Of a stretch of DNA of 62,979 bases, positions 60,035-62,979 are shown piece after piece; positions within the stretch are counted from its first letter, which is position 1, and every line of letters begins with the position of its first letter. The notes under the pieces were generated by a model, which was given only the letters and a program-made list of their open reading frames with translations, was not told the DNA's origin and ran no database searches. This stretch comes from Eubacteriales bacterium (lineage in GTDB: Bacteria; Bacillota; Clostridia; Oscillospirales; QAKW01). The translations under genes were made by a program, and so were the position numbers. The DNA lies in NCBI GenBank assembly GCA_045544995.1, contig JAZQAE010000016.1, forward strand, positions 1 to 62,979, in the 5' to 3' direction.

Positions 60035-61693
60035 TTATATTTTTGAAGTGAGCTCTAAAGCTTCATCGATATGAGCACAGAAGAATGCTTCGCCCACTCG
60101 CTCATAGAAACCGGATTTTTTCATTACCTCAAGGGGTTGAGAATTCACGTGAGACAGGATCAACTGGATATTATTTTTTTGACATTTTTTATAGAGTTGT
60201 TCCAGTGCGTTCATTGCGGTGGCATCCAATGCGGGAACAGCACGCATCCGCAAGATCAAGCAACGGGTATAATCTTTCACTTTGATATCCAGGATCTTAT
60301 CGGCGGCACCAAAGAAAAGAGGACCGCTGATTTCATAAACACGCACGTTTTGCGGAACGGTCCGCAGATCAATGCTATCAACGTCGTTTTCGGGATCTAC
60401 GTATTTCCAGCTGGTAACAGCCGTTTCTTCGCTCATACGCTTCATGAAGAACATAGCGGCAAGCACCATACCGACCTCGATGGCAATAACGAGATCAAAT
60501 ACCACAGTTAAGACAAAAGTGACGATCATTACGATGGTATCGCTTTTGGGTGCTGTTTTGACGGTGTGGACAAATTTTTTCCATTCACTCATATTGTAAG
60601 CAACCATAAAGAGAATGGCCGCAATAGCAGGCATAGGAATCAATTCAGCCAAAGGCATCAGGAACAACAATACCAGCAATAGAACTATTGCGTGAACCAT
60701 ACCGGCAATGGGCGTTCTACCGCCATTTTTTGCGTTGGCGGCAGTGCGGGCGATGGCACCGGTGGCAGGGATTCCGCCAAACAGTACGGAGACGATGTTG
60801 CCGACACCCTGCGCAACCAATTCGGCATTGGAATTATGACGGGAGTTTACCATACTGTCCGCCACAACACAAGAAAGCAGAGACTCAATGGCGGCTAAAA
60901 TTGCGATAGTAAAGGCGCTGGGTAATACGGCAGAGATTTTTGCAAAGCTGAAATCCATGCCGGCAAAGTCAATCTTGGGAAGACCGGTGGGAACGTCATA
61001 CAGTTCGCCGATGGTGAAAACTCCGCTGTCCAGCCCCGGGATAAATTTTACCATCAAAGCACCTGCAATGACAGCAATCAATGAAGGCGGAATTTTCTTC
61101 TCAAATTTAGGATAGATAATCAAGATCGCCAGACATACTGCGCCAACCAGTAACGCTTGCCAACTGAAGGTGCCGGCTGCTGCAATGTTGGCTTCGATCT
61201 TTTCGATGGTTTCTACCGGCTTGATTCCGCTTGCATAAGTCAGACCCAGAAAGTCTTTAATCTGACCGATCAAAATAGTAACGGCAATACCTGCGGTGAA
61301 TCCGGTGGTAATGGTGTAGGGGATAAACTTGATCAGCGATCCCAACTTGAATACACCCATCAAAATCAACATAATGCCGGCCAGAATGGTAGCAAGAATT
61401 AATCCGTCCATTCCTTGCGTAGCCACAATGCCGGCCACAATGGTCGCAAAAGCGGCGGTGGGGCCTGCGATCTGAACACGGCTTCCGCCTAATAGCGAGA
61501 CGATAAAACCGGCGGCAATGGCGGTGTAAATACCGCAAGCCGGTTCCACGCCGGAAGCCAGCGCCAATGCGATAGAAAGCGGTAAGGCAATGATTGCTAC
61601 GATGATACCGGCGATGATATCCTGAACCAATTGTTTTTTGGTATAAGTTTTCATCGCCGTAAAGAGTTTCGGTTTTAAATAGAATTTTTTCAT
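60035..61693 (-). CDS. SulP-family anion/dicarboxylate transporter with STAS domain
   Basis: DIIAGIIVAIIALPLSIALA, QIAGPT, IPATGAIART, GPLFFGAA, LDATAM. Confidence 0.95.
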   Translation of the reverse strand: MKKFYLKPKLFTAMKTYTKKQLVQDIIAGIIVAIIALPLSIALALASGVEPACGIYTAIAAGFIVSLLGGSRVQIAGPTAAFATIVAGIVATQGMDGLILATILAGIMLILMGVFKLGSLIKFIPYTITTGFTAGIAVTILIGQIKDFLGLTYASGIKPVETIEKIEANIAAAGTFSWQALLVGAVCLAILIIYPKFEKKIPPSLIAVIAGALMVKFIPGLDSGVFTIGELYDVPTGLPKIDFAGMDFSFAKISAVLPSAFTIAILAAIESLLSCVVADSMVNSRHNSNAELVAQGVGNIVSVLFGGIPATGAIARTAANAKNGGRTPIAGMVHAIVLLLVLLFLMPLAELIPMPAIAAILFMVAYNMSEWKKFVHTVKTAPKSDTIVMIVTFVLTVVFDLVIAIEVGMVLAAMFFMKRMSEETAVTSWKYVDPENDVDSIDLRTVPQNVRVYEISGPLFFGAADKILDIKVKDYTRCLILRMRAVPALDATAMNALEQLYKKCQKNNIQLILSHVNSQPLEVMKKSGFYERVGEAFFCAHIDEALELTSKI

Positions 61694-61720
61694 TGTTCCC
61701 CCAAAGCTAATTTAATAATC

Positions 61721-61754
61721 AAAAAACTCGAATGCATCAGCATTCGAGTTTTTT
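61721..61754 (-). terminator. Terminator after tRNA-Arg
   Basis: AAAAAACTCGAATGC-ATCA-GCATTCGAGTTTTTT. Confidence 0.8.
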
Positions 61755-61830
61755 GGTACGCCCGACTGGATTCGAACCAGCGGCCTTCAGAGTCGGAGTC
61801 TGACGCGCTATCCAACTGCGCTACGGGCGC
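61754..61830 (-). tRNA. tRNA-Arg (CCG)
   Basis: Minus strand GCGCCCG...TCAGA-CT-CCG-AC-TCTGA...GGTTCGAATCC...CCA. Confidence 0.97.
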
Positions 61831-61844
61831 ATTTACAGTTTGTT

Positions 61845-61938
61845 ATTATACTATCCTTTTTTCAAAAAAGCAACCTTTTTTTAAAATAAGTTCATGAATT
61901 TAAAAAATGTTGCTTTTTAAGAGATTATATGGTATGAT
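61845..61938. promoter_or_regulatory. Divergent sigmaA promoters (tRNA-Arg / DivIVA-like gene)
   Basis: Minus: TTGCTT-17-TATAAT (61873..61845). Plus: TTGCTT-17-TATGAT (61910..61938). Confidence 0.6.
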
Positions 61939-61969
61939 ATTCCTATTAAGAATGATATGGAGGCCGTAT

Positions 61970-62680
61970 ATGGCAAACACAGAAATTTTTAAAACTGTAT
62001 TTAAGGGCTATAATAAAGAAGAAGTTATTACATATATTGATTCCCTTAACCGCCAGGCAACGATGCTTCAAAAGGAATTGGACGAGCTGAATGCCCGTAT
62101 GTTGCAGATGGAAGATGAAAAGCAGGAAAACATTGCGGAATGTAAGCGTCAAGAAGCGGATGAAGAAGCGTTGCGGTCGGCGATCGTTGAGGAATTGACC
62201 CCCTCTTTGCGTGATGAACTTCGTCAGCAGTTGGTGGATGAGTTGCGACCTCAGATCGAAAGTGAAATGCGTCGTAAGATCGAATCTGAAATGGCACCGA
62301 AATATGAGGAAGCCGCCCGTACCGAACTGAACCATCGCATGCAAAGCCAAGCCGGGGAACTGCGTGAATTGCGCCGGCGTGCTCAACTGTATGATGATAA
62401 TCGTGAGGTTTTGGCAGAGTTGATGATTAAGGCAAAGAATGATGCAGCTGCCATCATCAAAGATGCAGAAGCGCATGCCAAGGAATTGCGTGACGACGCT
62501 GAAAATCGTTACCGTCTTCTGATTTCTGATTACGAACTTTTAAAGTCCAATCTTTTGATCGCCAAAACTGAAGCGGCCGAAAAACTGAATGCAGCTGTAA
62601 AAAATCTCGATGATTTTGAAAAGAAATTCGCCTGCATGGATCAGGATGTCGCTCTTTCAAAAGCCCATTTAGCTGAATGA
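61970..62680 (+). CDS. Second DivIVA-domain coiled-coil protein
   Basis: FKTVFKGYNKEEVITYID DivIVA-type motif plus long coiled coil; ATG after GGAGG. Confidence 0.75.
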   Translation: MANTEIFKTVFKGYNKEEVITYIDSLNRQATMLQKELDELNARMLQMEDEKQENIAECKRQEADEEALRSAIVEELTPSLRDELRQQLVDELRPQIESEMRRKIESEMAPKYEEAARTELNHRMQSQAGELRELRRRAQLYDDNREVLAELMIKAKNDAAAIIKDAEAHAKELRDDAENRYRLLISDYELLKSNLLIAKTEAAEKLNAAVKNLDDFEKKFACMDQDVALSKAHLAE

Positions 62681-62697
62681 TAAAAGCCAACCGTTGT

Positions 62698-62979
62698 TGA
62701 GCTGCCCCAATTTGTGCGGACAGTACAAAAAAGACTCCTGCGGTAGCAAATATTAAAATTCAAGCAACGAACTGACTTCTCATTTCAAGGGGAGTCAGTT
62801 TTGTTTTTAGTTGGATGCGTTGATGATTGTAGAAATGAATGTATTCACCTATGAGGAGGCGAGCCTCCTCATAGGTCTGAAGTTTCACTCGGTAAATGCA
62901 CTCTGTTTTGAGAATTGAGAAGAAATTTTCTGCCAAAGCATTGTCATAAGGATTACCGCGTCTTGACATTGACGGCGTA
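62698..62979 (-). mobile_element. IS3-family (IS150-like) insertion sequence, right end, truncated by window edge
   Basis: Terminal IR TGAGCTGCCCCAATTTGTGCGGACAGTACAAAAAAG at 62698, adjacent to the OrfB C-terminus. Confidence 0.9.
62760..62979 (-). CDS. IS3-family transposase OrfB, C-terminal fragment (partial)
   Basis: SMSRRGNPYDNALAENFFSILKTE, YIHFYNHQRIQ, LTPLEMR: the IS3 DDE C-terminus. Confidence 0.95.
   Translation of the reverse strand, partial: TPSMSRRGNPYDNALAENFFSILKTECIYRVKLQTYEEARLLIGEYIHFYNHQRIQLKTKLTPLEMRSQFVA

Overview
Mostly core-genome segment of a Clostridia-type Firmicute; the taxon is inferred from gene order, the IspH-S1 fusion, PolC plus DnaE and the rnfCDGEAB operon. 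Both window edges end inside IS3-family (IS150-like) elements, so this is probably a whole contig broken at IS repeats. Left to right: a GH20 hexosaminidase pseudogene; HI0933-cmk-ispH/rpsA; miaB-ylbF/ymcA-mutS-mutL-miaA-(adaptor-like)-yggS-sepF-yggT-ylmH-divIVA-lspA-rluD; TPP riboswitch-thiT; pyrH-frr-uppS-cdsA-dxr-rseP-ispG-polC-murB-whiA-dnaE-pfkA; a MITE-like element; an AraC regulator; rnfCDGEAB-cinA. A convergent minus-strand run follows (ktrB-ktrA-trmH-dprA-topA-trmFO-plsX-acpP-rnc-radical SAM), then L20 leader-infC-rpmI-rplT, three tRNAs and a few accessory genes. The most unusual observations are: (1) an RnfC with a ~188-aa, ~4-TM N-terminal membrane domain; (2) a PolC lacking its inserted proofreading exonuclease domain; (3) an internal promoter plus RBS that could make free S1 from the ispH-rpsA fusion; (4) three mobile insertions that all appear to target intrinsic terminators, including a hairpin-rich MITE flanked by a duplicated 36-bp terminator. 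All calls come from motif recognition by eye; no database searches were run, and start codons were adjusted from the ORF track using RBS positions.
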